Shown in pieces: positions 17,658-25,362 of a DNA stretch of 64,000 bases (position 1 is its first letter; every line of letters starts with the position of its first letter). The notes below the pieces were generated by a model, which was not told where the DNA came from, did no database searches, and saw only the letters and a list, made by a program, of their open reading frames with translations. Position numbers and translations under genes: made by a program. The stretch covers positions 629-64,628 of the forward strand of contig JADDQH010000004.1 of NCBI GenBank assembly GCA_016781485.1, given 5' to 3'. Source of the DNA: Chloroflexota bacterium (GTDB lineage Bacteria > Chloroflexota > Limnocylindria > Limnocylindrales > CSP1-4).

Positions 17658-18821
17658 TCAGCGACTGCTCGCCGCCTCAGCCTCCCACGCTCCTTCGCCA
17701 TCCCTCTCGAGCACCGCCCGCAGCTTCTCCAGGTCGCGGTCGCCCACGTGGTCGAGCACTGTCCATCGTCCCGGGCGGGTGCTCCGCCCGTTCGCGACGG
17801 CCGCCGTGAACTCGTCATTGCTGATGCCGAGTTCGCGCGGGAGCACCGGCAGCCCGACAGCGCGGTAGAAGCTCACCAGCCGCTGACAAGCGTCCCCCCT
17901 CAGCAGATACGCGGCGACCGTTCCGAGGGCGACCTGCAGCCCGTGGGGGCGTGGGGTCGGCAGGAGACGGTCAAGGGCATGGCTGATGAGGTGCTCGGAC
18001 CCGCTCGCCGGTCTCGACGACCCCGCCATCTCCATCGCGATCCCACTGAGGATGAGGCCGCGGATCAGTTTCTGTCGGAAGGCCGGGTCCCCGAGATCGG
18101 CGTCGTCCTCGATCACCGACGAGGCCGCGGCCTCAGCCGTGAGGCAGGCGAAGTCGTCGATCTCCTCCCCTACCGTGCGATGCGCCAGCCGCCAGTCGAG
18201 GACCGCCGAGAGGTTCGAGACGAGATCACCGAGACCCGACAGCCAGGTCACCGTCGGCGCCTGGCCGAGCACCTCCATGTCTACGGCGATCCCCGCGGGA
18301 ATGCGCGCGCCGAGCGAATGGGGACGCCCGTCGGGTGTCACCATGACCGCGACGGGCGAGCAGATGCCGTCGCTCGAAGCCTGCGTGGGGATGCTCACGA
18401 GCTCCACCTCTCGCTCGGCCGCCGCGAGCTTCGCGACATCGACGACGCGGCCGCCGCCGACGCCCACGACGAAGTCGGGGCGCTCGCGATCGATCGAGCC
18501 GACGACGTGGCGCACTGATCCTTCGCTGTTCGTGGCCACCCCGGGGCTAGACGCGAGCACGCATTCCGTCACCTGCAACCGGAGCGACCGCGCCTCCGCA
18601 GCGAGTGACGTGGCGTAGCCGGTCGCGGATGCGGCGCCGGAATGCACGAACAGGAACCGTGCATCGCCGCCGTCCGCGAGCTCACGCAGGACGACGGCGA
18701 CCGCAGCGCGCCCGCTCACGATGCGCAGCAGCCGCGGGATCCGGATCGAGCGATGGCGGGAGGTCGCGCCGATCACCGCGTGAGCAACGGCTCCCTCGAA
18801 GGACAGCGCGTCGATGAGCAC
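17658..18821 (-). CDS. sn-Glycerol-1-phosphate dehydrogenase family (EgsA/AraM-like, Fe/Zn-ADH superfamily)
   Basis: 387-aa ORF. Motifs GVGGGRVVDVAKLAA, VSIPTQASSDGICSPVAV, LGDLVSNLSAVLDWRLA, SGSEHLISHALD. These match the G1PDH signature blocks as I remember them. Confidence 0.7.
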   Translation of the reverse strand: MLIDALSFEGAVAHAVIGATSRHRSIRIPRLLRIVSGRAAVAVVLRELADGGDARFLFVHSGAASATGYATSLAAEARSLRLQVTECVLASSPGVATNSEGSVRHVVGSIDRERPDFVVGVGGGRVVDVAKLAAAEREVELVSIPTQASSDGICSPVAVMVTPDGRPHSLGARIPAGIAVDMEVLGQAPTVTWLSGLGDLVSNLSAVLDWRLAHRTVGEEIDDFACLTAEAAASSVIEDDADLGDPAFRQKLIRGLILSGIAMEMAGSSRPASGSEHLISHALDRLLPTPRPHGLQVALGTVAAYLLRGDACQRLVSFYRAVGLPVLPRELGISNDEFTAAVANGRSTRPGRWTVLDHVGDRDLEKLRAVLERDGEGAWEAEAASSR

Positions 18822-18989
18822 GGGCGGCCGGTCCGGAACCGGACGTTACAGGTGCTGGCGCCCTTGACCGTCAGGCGCGCTTCGTGCGCGGCCGTTTGGA
18901 CGGGGAGCGTCGGTCGGTCGACGGCGCTGGGGTCGCGGAAGGAGCGGCCGTCGGCGTGGTTCCCCTCCAACGTCGGGGAGACGCAGGGG

Positions 18990-19163
18990 TCAGTGGTCTC
19001 GCGCCGGCTCGTGCTCTCCGCGGCGTCCGACACGCCGGATCGCGGAGATGCCCTTTGCGATCTGAGCCCGGAAGAAGAGGGGGATCGCGACGGCGCCCGC
19101 GATGAGCGCCTGGACGATGATGGCCCCCGTTCCGGGGTCGATGTACGCGAACAGGGGATGCAT
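18990..19163 (-). CDS. Small (57 aa) single-pass membrane protein, absent from the supplied ORF track
   Basis: Hand translation: MHPLFAYIDPGTGAIIVQALIAGAVAIPLFFRAQIAKGISAIRRVGRRGEHEPARDH-stop (TGA at 18990-18992). Shine-Dalgarno GGAGGA lies 4 nt upstream of the ATG (19168-19173). Sits between the G1PDH and cytidylyltransferase genes on the same strand. Confidence 0.5.
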   Translation of the reverse strand: MHPLFAYIDPGTGAIIVQALIAGAVAIPLFFRAQIAKGISAIRRVGRRGEHEPARDH

Positions 19164-19271
19164 CTGCTCCTCCAGGGGATGTCGGTCTCCTCGCCGGCGA
19201 TCTCGACACCGGCAGGGTGGCGACTTCGGAGCTTAGCACGAGCGGCCGACACAACCACGATCGAGGTACGG

Positions 19272-20012
19272 TCAGCGCTTACCGTCGAGCTCCTTTGCGA
19301 TCGCCGTCGCCCTCTCGTAGTCCGCGAGGTCGTCGATCTCCGTCCACGCTCGGCGCGCCACGGGCAGCGGGCGGATGACGAGCCGGGAGGCGACGGCGTC
19401 GATAGCGTCCTCGTAGTACAGGTCGCCCCCGCCCTCGTCGACGAGACGTCGCGCCGCCGCGATGACCTCTGCCGCACCCGCTGCATCGAACCGTGCGATC
19501 CCGATGTACTCGCCCACCGACGTCGCCGGCGACAGCTTCTTGCTGATGCGGCTCACGGACCCGTCGCCGTCGAGTTCGACCTTCATCTCCTCCGCGCCCA
19601 GTGGTTCGTCCGTATCCACCACCAGCCAGGAGCCGCGGGACGCGGCTGCGACATCGGCGAGGATGCGCGCGTCGAACACGATGTCGGAGTTGAGCAGGCA
19701 TAGACCGTGCGACATCTCGTCGGCGGCCGTCAGGAACGACACGATGTTGTTCGCAGCGTCGAACTGCGGGTTGAACCGGCAGCGGACCTCGAGCCCCCAT
19801 TCACGCCGCGCCACGAAGTCGTCGACCAGCTCCGCCCGGTGACCCGTGACCACGACGGCCTCGGGAAACGAAGCGCCCGCGAGCGCCTCCAGCGAGCGCC
19901 CGAGGAGCGTCCTCCCCGCGACCTCGACGAGGGCTTTGGGTCGGTCGTGGGTGAGCGACGACAGGCGCCGACCGAGCCCCGCCGCGAGGATGACCGCGAC
20001 CGGAAGCGTCAT
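19272..20012 (-). CDS. Alcohol/sugar-phosphate cytidylyltransferase (NTP_transferase fold, LicC/IPCT-like)
   Basis: 246-aa ORF. N-terminal VAVILAAGLGRRLSSLTHDRPKALVEV (G-x-G-x-R ... K nucleotide-binding signature). C-terminal WTEIDDLADYERA. Confidence 0.7.
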   Translation of the reverse strand: MTLPVAVILAAGLGRRLSSLTHDRPKALVEVAGRTLLGRSLEALAGASFPEAVVVTGHRAELVDDFVARREWGLEVRCRFNPQFDAANNIVSFLTAADEMSHGLCLLNSDIVFDARILADVAAASRGSWLVVDTDEPLGAEEMKVELDGDGSVSRISKKLSPATSVGEYIGIARFDAAGAAEVIAAARRLVDEGGGDLYYEDAIDAVASRLVIRPLPVARRAWTEIDDLADYERATAIAKELDGKR

Positions 20013-20287
20013 CTACCCATCGCATCCTGCCGCCGGCGTCGACGCGGTCGGGGCGCAGGCAAGGTGGTACGCCCGAGAGTAGTCACAACGTCCTCCAAGC
20101 CCCCGCCGCACCGCGCTCCTGATCGCGTTGTTGCGGCTGCTGTCTTCGATGATATCGACCGCCTGGTCCCTCTCGGGCACTACGAGAGAGGGACGGCGAC
20201 TGCGCGTCGGTGCGCGAGGATCACGGTCGTCGGTGACCGCAGCCGAGTGATCCACGCCGCCGCGGACGCGTCGTCGACGGTGGATCC

Positions 20288-21151
20288 GTGAGTCAGCGCG
20301 AGCCGGTAGAGTTGAGCCGTGCCCCTCGCGACCCTCTGCCCGCTCGGCCGACCGTCGCTCGACCGGCTCGTGGCGCACTAGGCGTGGCGCCTGCTGGCGC
20401 CGTCGGGTTCCGTGGTAGGGCGCGCGAGTTCTGGCGACGCTACCAGCATCCCGAGGGCCTGTTCTGGCTGAGGCGGGTGAACCACCCACTCGGGGCGCTC
20501 ATCGCCCTGGTCCTCCTGCCCACCCGGGTAACACCCAACGCGGTGAGCGTGGCCGGACTCGTGGTCCACGTCGCGGGCGCGCTGTTCGTGGCGTTGCTGT
20601 CGCCTCCCGTCCCGATCACTGCTGCGCTGCTCGTCATCGTGTCGTGGCAGCTCGCGTTCTCGCTCGACTGCGCCGACGGCCCCCTGGCCCGTGCTCGCGC
20701 CCAAGCGAGCGCCTTCGGCGCCTGGCTCGACCAGCTGATCGACGTCGCGTCGCACGCCGCTGTCTACACCGGACTCACGATCTTCCTCGTACGTGCCCTC
20801 GCGCTCGACGGGATCACGTCCGCGCTGCTCGCCTCCGTCGTCGTCACGCTGAGCCTGCTCCAGACCTTCTCGACCTGGCAGCGACAGGCGCTGATAGCCG
20901 GCGCCCCTGTCGGCGAAGCTCCTTCCACCATGCTCCGACTGGTACATGCGGCACGTCACCTCGTCGACTACGGCGCGTTCCTGTTCCTCGCGTCGGTGCT
21001 GCTCCTGTGGCCGCCCGCGCTGCTCGTGTTCCTGCTGCTCACGGCCGTGCTGAACCTCCTCTACGTGATGACGCAGATCGCTCTCAACTGGAGACGTCAC
21101 AGGAGGGAAAGCCGGGCGGCGTGGACGGACGGGAAAGGCCAACAGCTCTGA
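20288..21151 (+). CDS. CDP-alcohol phosphotransferase family membrane enzyme
   Basis: Exact family signature D-x2-D-G-x2-A-R-x8-G-x3-D-x3-D in LDCADGPLARARAQASAFGAWLDQLIDV. Multiple TM segments. The start is uncertain (GTG 20288). Confidence 0.85.
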   Translation: MSQREPVELSRAPRDPLPARPTVARPARGALGVAPAGAVGFRGRAREFWRRYQHPEGLFWLRRVNHPLGALIALVLLPTRVTPNAVSVAGLVVHVAGALFVALLSPPVPITAALLVIVSWQLAFSLDCADGPLARARAQASAFGAWLDQLIDVASHAAVYTGLTIFLVRALALDGITSALLASVVVTLSLLQTFSTWQRQALIAGAPVGEAPSTMLRLVHAARHLVDYGAFLFLASVLLLWPPALLVFLLLTAVLNLLYVMTQIALNWRRHRRESRAAWTDGKGQQL

Positions 21152-21183
21152 CCGCCGGAGCGGTGCAAACCGTTCGAGCACGA

Positions 21184-21927
21184 ATGACGGGGGGTGGGCT
21201 CGAGAGTGGTTCGTTCCTGACGTCCTCCTCCCGTTCGCAGCGACCCGGATCGCCCTCTCCCTCGTAGGGCTCCTGGCACTCACCCTCGTGACTCCGCGCG
21301 TCTTCGTTTCTCCGAACCAGCTCCCCGCGACGCCCCATCTCGTCAATGCGTAGTCCTACCGGGACTCCGGCTGGTACCTCGTGATCGCGCGCGACGGCTA
21401 CAGCTACATCCCCGGGCATCGATCGGCCGTGGGCTTCTGGCCACTCTTCCCATTCCTTATGCGCGCTCGGTACCCTGATCGGCGCGAACGACACCGCGGG
21501 GCTGCTGACGATCGGGTTCGTCGTCTCGAACGTCGCACTGCTCGTCGGGCTCGTCTACCTCGTCGCGCTCGTGCGGCTCGACTTCGACCGCGCCACCGCG
21601 GCACGCGCGGTGCTGTATCTCCTGGTGTTCCCGACGACACTGTTCCTGTCGGCCGTGTATGCCGAGTCGCTGTTCCTCGCGCTCACGGTGGCAGCCTTCT
21701 ACCACGCGCGGCGCGGGCAGTGGTGGATCGCGGGCGCGCTCGGAGGGCTCGCCGCGCTCGCACGGCCACATGGTGTGCTGCTCGCGCTGCCGCTCGCCGT
21801 CGAGTACCTCGCGCAGCGGGACTTCGACCTGCGCGCGATCCGCGGGAACATCCTCGCGCTCGCCGGGAACGAGCATGACATCCCCGCGTGGCGACGGAAC
21901 GCCTCGCGGCTGAAGCGACGTGCCTAG
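21184..21927 (+). pseudogene. Decayed PIG-V-like GT-C glycosyltransferase (closest to paralog C)
   Basis: Homologous frame reads WAREWFVPDVLLPFAATRIALSLVGLLAL...HLVNA-stop-SYRDSGWYLVIARDGYSYIPGHRSAVGFWPLFPFLMRA, then shifts frame to LGTLIGANDTAGLLTIGFVVSNVALLVGLVYLVALVRLDFDRATAARAVLYLLVFPTTLFLSAVYAESLFLAL...RPHGVLLALPLAVEYLAQR. Four lesions: ATG 21184 is out of frame across a G6 run (21189-21194); TAG at 21351-21353 where the paralogs have Trp; a frameshift near 21465; homology ends near 21875, so the 3' half is missing. Confidence 0.8.
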
Positions 21928-22661
21928 CGACGGCGGGGGATACGGGCGCGAAACGCCTGGACGTACCAGTACAGGTAATGGGGAAGCCACGCGCGGAGCT
22001 TGAACCTGCTCCGGCCGGCGGTCCGATCACGCCAGATCGTCGGCACCTCGGCCATCGTCCGGCCTCCGAGGAACGCCTTCACCGACAGCTCGATGCCGAG
22101 TTCGAACCCTCCACGGCTCTCGATGGCCACCTCGTCGAGGAACGACCGGCTGTAGAGCTTGAAGTTGTTCGTGGCGTCGTGGATCGGTACCCCGGCGAGC
22201 CAGTGGAGCGAGAGTCCGGCGCATCTGCTCAGCAGCCGTTTGAGCCGGGGCCCGCCGATCTGGCGGCCGCCTCGCATGTACCGGCTCGCCGCAACGACGG
22301 CAGCTCCCCGCCGAGCCGCTGCGACCATGCGATCGACCGAGGAAAGGTCGTCGGAGCCATCCGCCATGGACACTAGGATGTAGCGGCCGGTCGAGGCGGC
22401 GATGCCTGCTTTCATCGCGTTCAGCGCGCCTCTTCCGAACGTGTTGTGGAGCGGGCGGACGTGCCGCATCTCGGCCTGCATCGAGCGCACGACAGGGAGC
22501 GTGGTGTCCTCGGGGAAGTCGTAGACGACGAGGATCTCGTGTGGTGTCTCGACACGCGCCGCGAAGTCGCGAAGGACCGGCGCGATGTTGTCGCCCTCGT
22601 TGTAGACGGGGATCACGACCGAGAGCTCCGGCGTTGCCGGTGCCCGGGCGGTCTCAGTCAC
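21924..22661 (-). CDS. GT2 polyprenyl-phosphate glycosyltransferase (DPM1/ArnC/GtrB-like)
   Basis: Motifs LSVVIPVYNEGDNIAPVL ... ILVVYDFPEDTT ... VSMADGSDD. Start taken at GTG 22661, overlapping the upstream stop by 8 nt (GTGACTGA). Confidence 0.8.
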   Translation of the reverse strand: MTETARAPATPELSVVIPVYNEGDNIAPVLRDFAARVETPHEILVVYDFPEDTTLPVVRSMQAEMRHVRPLHNTFGRGALNAMKAGIAASTGRYILVSMADGSDDLSSVDRMVAAARRGAAVVAASRYMRGGRQIGGPRLKRLLSRCAGLSLHWLAGVPIHDATNNFKLYSRSFLDEVAIESRGGFELGIELSVKAFLGGRTMAEVPTIWRDRTAGRSRFKLRAWLPHYLYWYVQAFRARIPRRR

Positions 22662-23682
22662 GCTCCGCGGCCGCGGGCTCGCGCCGCGCAGCGGAAGCGA
22701 GCCTGGAAAGGCTCGAGAGCGACCCCACGCCACCGCCTCCGATGGCAGCCAGCGAGACTGCTCCTGCAACGGCGAGGGGAAGGGTCGTGAACACGTGTGC
22801 GAGCACGGCGAGCGCAAGTGCCTGGCTGCCGGGCACGCCGAGTGCCGTCGCCGCCGAGATGACCGCGACCTCATACGTGCCCACGAACGCGGGCGCCGAG
22901 GGTACGGCGGTGCCCAGCACCGTGACCGCCGCGATCAACAGTGCGGCGGGCCACGTGAGGTCGATGGCGACGGACTGTGCGACGAGCCGGAACGTCGCGC
23001 CCTCCAGCAGCCACGTTCCACAGCTGATGCCGGCGGCGGCCAGGACAGCAGGACGGCGGTGGGCTCCCGCAGAGCCGACGGCGAACCGCTCGAGGCGCGT
23101 CTCGAGCCAGTGGCGCCGCTGGGCGCCGAACACGGCGAGCGGACGGGCGAGGAGCGGCACGAGTCGCACGATGCCCGTCGTAGAGAGCACGAAAACGACG
23201 GTCGCTCCACCTAGCGCAGCGATGCCGGCGATCCGGACCAGCCACTCGGGCGCGTCGAGGCTGATGGCCGCCAGGAACGCGATGCCGGCAAGCGTCGCGA
23301 GGTCCACGACGCGCTCGATCACCACCGACCCGAACGCCTCGCTGCCGTGCAGCCCCTCGCGTCGAGAGACGAGAAAGGCGCGGATCGGCTCACCGAGTCG
23401 AGCCGGCAACACCGCGTTCCCGAGATACCCCACGAGAAGGCTCGGGGCGACGACCCGCACGGGCACGCGCGCCCCGTCGGCACGACGCGGCAGGAGCAGC
23501 TGCCAGCGGACGGAACGGAGCACGAGCTGGGAGGTGACGATGGCCAGGGTCGCGAGGAGTGGGGACACATCCGCCGCGCGAACGGCCCGCTCGGCGGCTG
23601 GCAGATCCATCGAGCGGGCGATGAGCCACAGGGACGCGGCGCTCGCTGCGATCCCCACCGCCGCAAGCACGAGGCCCCGCAT
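22654..23682 (-). CDS. Flippase-like membrane protein (lysyl-PG synthase TM-region/UPF0104 family)
   Basis: Polytopic. Motifs RSVRWQLLLP, LVGYLGNAVLPARLGEPIRAFLVSRREG. Start ATG 23682, 2 nt after the upstream stop. Confidence 0.6.
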   Translation of the reverse strand: MRGLVLAAVGIAASAASLWLIARSMDLPAAERAVRAADVSPLLATLAIVTSQLVLRSVRWQLLLPRRADGARVPVRVVAPSLLVGYLGNAVLPARLGEPIRAFLVSRREGLHGSEAFGSVVIERVVDLATLAGIAFLAAISLDAPEWLVRIAGIAALGGATVVFVLSTTGIVRLVPLLARPLAVFGAQRRHWLETRLERFAVGSAGAHRRPAVLAAAGISCGTWLLEGATFRLVAQSVAIDLTWPAALLIAAVTVLGTAVPSAPAFVGTYEVAVISAATALGVPGSQALALAVLAHVFTTLPLAVAGAVSLAAIGGGGVGSLSSLSRLASAARREPAAAERD

Positions 23683-23684
23683 CG

Positions 23685-24338
23685 CTATCCGGGTCGCTCC
23701 CCGACGTACAGCGTCTGCTTGCCGAGAAGCAGCCAGGCCGGTGGGAACCGGAGATAGGTACGGACGAGGAGCGGGTGCGCAGGCAGCCGGCTCTTCGTGG
23801 TGTAAGGAAGGAACCGCGTCGTGAGATGCGTGGTGGTGAAGCCCGCTATCTCCGCCGCCTCCACGAGGCTCTTCTCCGTCAGGGGGACCGAATGGTCGAT
23901 GAAGTCCCAATACGCCGCGCCGACGAGTCTGATGTTCGGCTGTAGGACGATGATGCGGCCGCGCGGGCGAAGCAGCTGCGCGCTGACCCGGAGCTGTTCC
24001 ACGACGTCGTCCGAGCTGCGCAGGTGCTCCAGGTAGTTGCTCATGAACACGGTGCCGAAGTACGCGCGCGGTAGGAGCTCGCCGAGCGCAAGGCCGTCAG
24101 CCTGGACGAACCGCACGTCACGCGGGAGATGCGCGGAAACGTCTCGGAGATCGCTCGCCCACCGTTCTCGCGCACGGACGTTCCGGATGAAGTCCCCTCG
24201 GTCGCACGCGACGTCGAGTACCGGCGCACCCGGCACCACATGACGCTGGAGGTATCTCGTCACCTCCCGCCACAGGCGCCCTTTCTGAGCGGCCTCGACA
24301 TCGGAGAACCGGCGCGCGTAGACGCCGGGAAGCGCCAC
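23685..24338 (-). CDS. Class I SAM-dependent methyltransferase
   Basis: Motifs VLDVACDRGDF (motif I) ... GTVFMSNYLEH. The GTG start at 24338 shares 1 nt with the upstream TAG. Confidence 0.6.
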   Translation of the reverse strand: MALPGVYARRFSDVEAAQKGRLWREVTRYLQRHVVPGAPVLDVACDRGDFIRNVRARERWASDLRDVSAHLPRDVRFVQADGLALGELLPRAYFGTVFMSNYLEHLRSSDDVVEQLRVSAQLLRPRGRIIVLQPNIRLVGAAYWDFIDHSVPLTEKSLVEAAEIAGFTTTHLTTRFLPYTTKSRLPAHPLLVRTYLRFPPAWLLLGKQTLYVGERPG

Positions 24339-25357
24339 TAGATCTGCTCCGCCTCCGACTCCGCCTCGATCCACGGGATGACCTCGTCCAGCATCTCGTC
24401 AAGCGACGTCGTCGCCTCGAACCCCAGCACGTCGCGAGCCTTCCGCACGTCGGGCACCCGAAGCTGGACGTCGTGCTCGAAGGCCGGATCGCTCACGTAC
24501 CGGAACGGACGGTCGGGGTTGATCTTGCGCCAGATCAGCTCCGCGAGCTCCAACACGGTCGTGCTCGCCGCGGTCGACAGGTTGAAGTCTTCGTTGACCG
24601 CAGCCGGCGACTCCATGGCGATTCGGATCCCGCGCGCAAGATCGCCGCCGTAGGTGTAATGACGCACCTGGGTGCCGTCGCCCAGGATGTGGAGCGGGTC
24701 CTGGCCTTTCAGGACCTTCATCACGAGGTCCGGCACGACGTGACTGAGCGCCAGCTTGATGTTCCCGCTCATCACGTCCGCGTCGCGCAGCGCTCGCCGC
24801 TCCCCGATCCCCACGCAGTTGAAGGGGCGCACGATCGTGTATGGGAGTTCGTACTGCTCCCAGGCGCCCCTCGCGAAGTACTCGCTCGCCAGCTTCTGGA
24901 ACCCATACGTCGAGACCGGCGGCGGGCTCGTGAGCTGCGCGCCTTCGGGCGTCGGGAAGACGGTCGACGACTCGTAGACCATCGAGCTCGACATCACGAC
25001 GATGCGCTGGAGGCGGCCGTTCCGGAAGGCGTCGATCGCCCCGTCGAACGTCGCCGCGAGGATCCTCTCGTTCTCGGCCAGCAGGTCGTACGCGAACTGG
25101 TGGAAGTAGCTGATGCCCCCGATCATCGCTGCCGCCGCCACGACCTGATCGCGATCGGCGCTCAGCTCCCGCATCAGCGCCACGTCCTTCGCGTCCCCGA
25201 TGACCAGCCGGTACCGGGGGTGCTCGTCGTAACTGCGCGCGGTCGGGCCGTACTTGCTGAAGTTGTCCAGCCCCACGACGTCGTGTCCGGCGTCGAGCAG
25301 CTCGGGGATGAGGTAGCCGCAGATGAAGCCGCTGGCGCCGGTGACTAGGACCTTCAT
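24338..25357 (-). CDS. NAD-dependent nucleotide-sugar epimerase/dehydratase/decarboxylase (extended SDR)
   Basis: N-terminal MKVLVTGASGFICGYL Rossmann motif. Catalytic Y-x3-K in STYGFQKLASE. 339 aa. Exact reaction not assignable from sequence. Confidence 0.8.
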   Translation of the reverse strand: MKVLVTGASGFICGYLIPELLDAGHDVVGLDNFSKYGPTARSYDEHPRYRLVIGDAKDVALMRELSADRDQVVAAAAMIGGISYFHQFAYDLLAENERILAATFDGAIDAFRNGRLQRIVVMSSSMVYESSTVFPTPEGAQLTSPPPVSTYGFQKLASEYFARGAWEQYELPYTIVRPFNCVGIGERRALRDADVMSGNIKLALSHVVPDLVMKVLKGQDPLHILGDGTQVRHYTYGGDLARGIRIAMESPAAVNEDFNLSTAASTTVLELAELIWRKINPDRPFRYVSDPAFEHDVQLRVPDVRKARDVLGFEATTSLDEMLDEVIPWIEAESEAEQI

Positions 25358-25362
25358 CCGCG

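Noticed and set aside
14370-18854. GTTACAGGTG (14370, 17486, 18845) as an integron attC core site or other site-specific recombination site.
   Set aside because: It does not fit the GTTRRRY core consensus. There is no integrase nearby and no inverse-core partner. The motif is simply coding sequence (..SY RW..) of the paralog family, so homologous or illegitimate recombination between paralogs is the simpler explanation.
20013-20287. A 275-nt gap between the divergent cytidylyltransferase and CDP-alcohol transferase genes, considered for a hidden small gene or regulator-binding repeats.
   Set aside because: No ORF there has an RBS, and I saw no clear inverted or direct repeats. The true start of the CDP-alcohol transferase is uncertain and could change the gap, so nothing is supportable.
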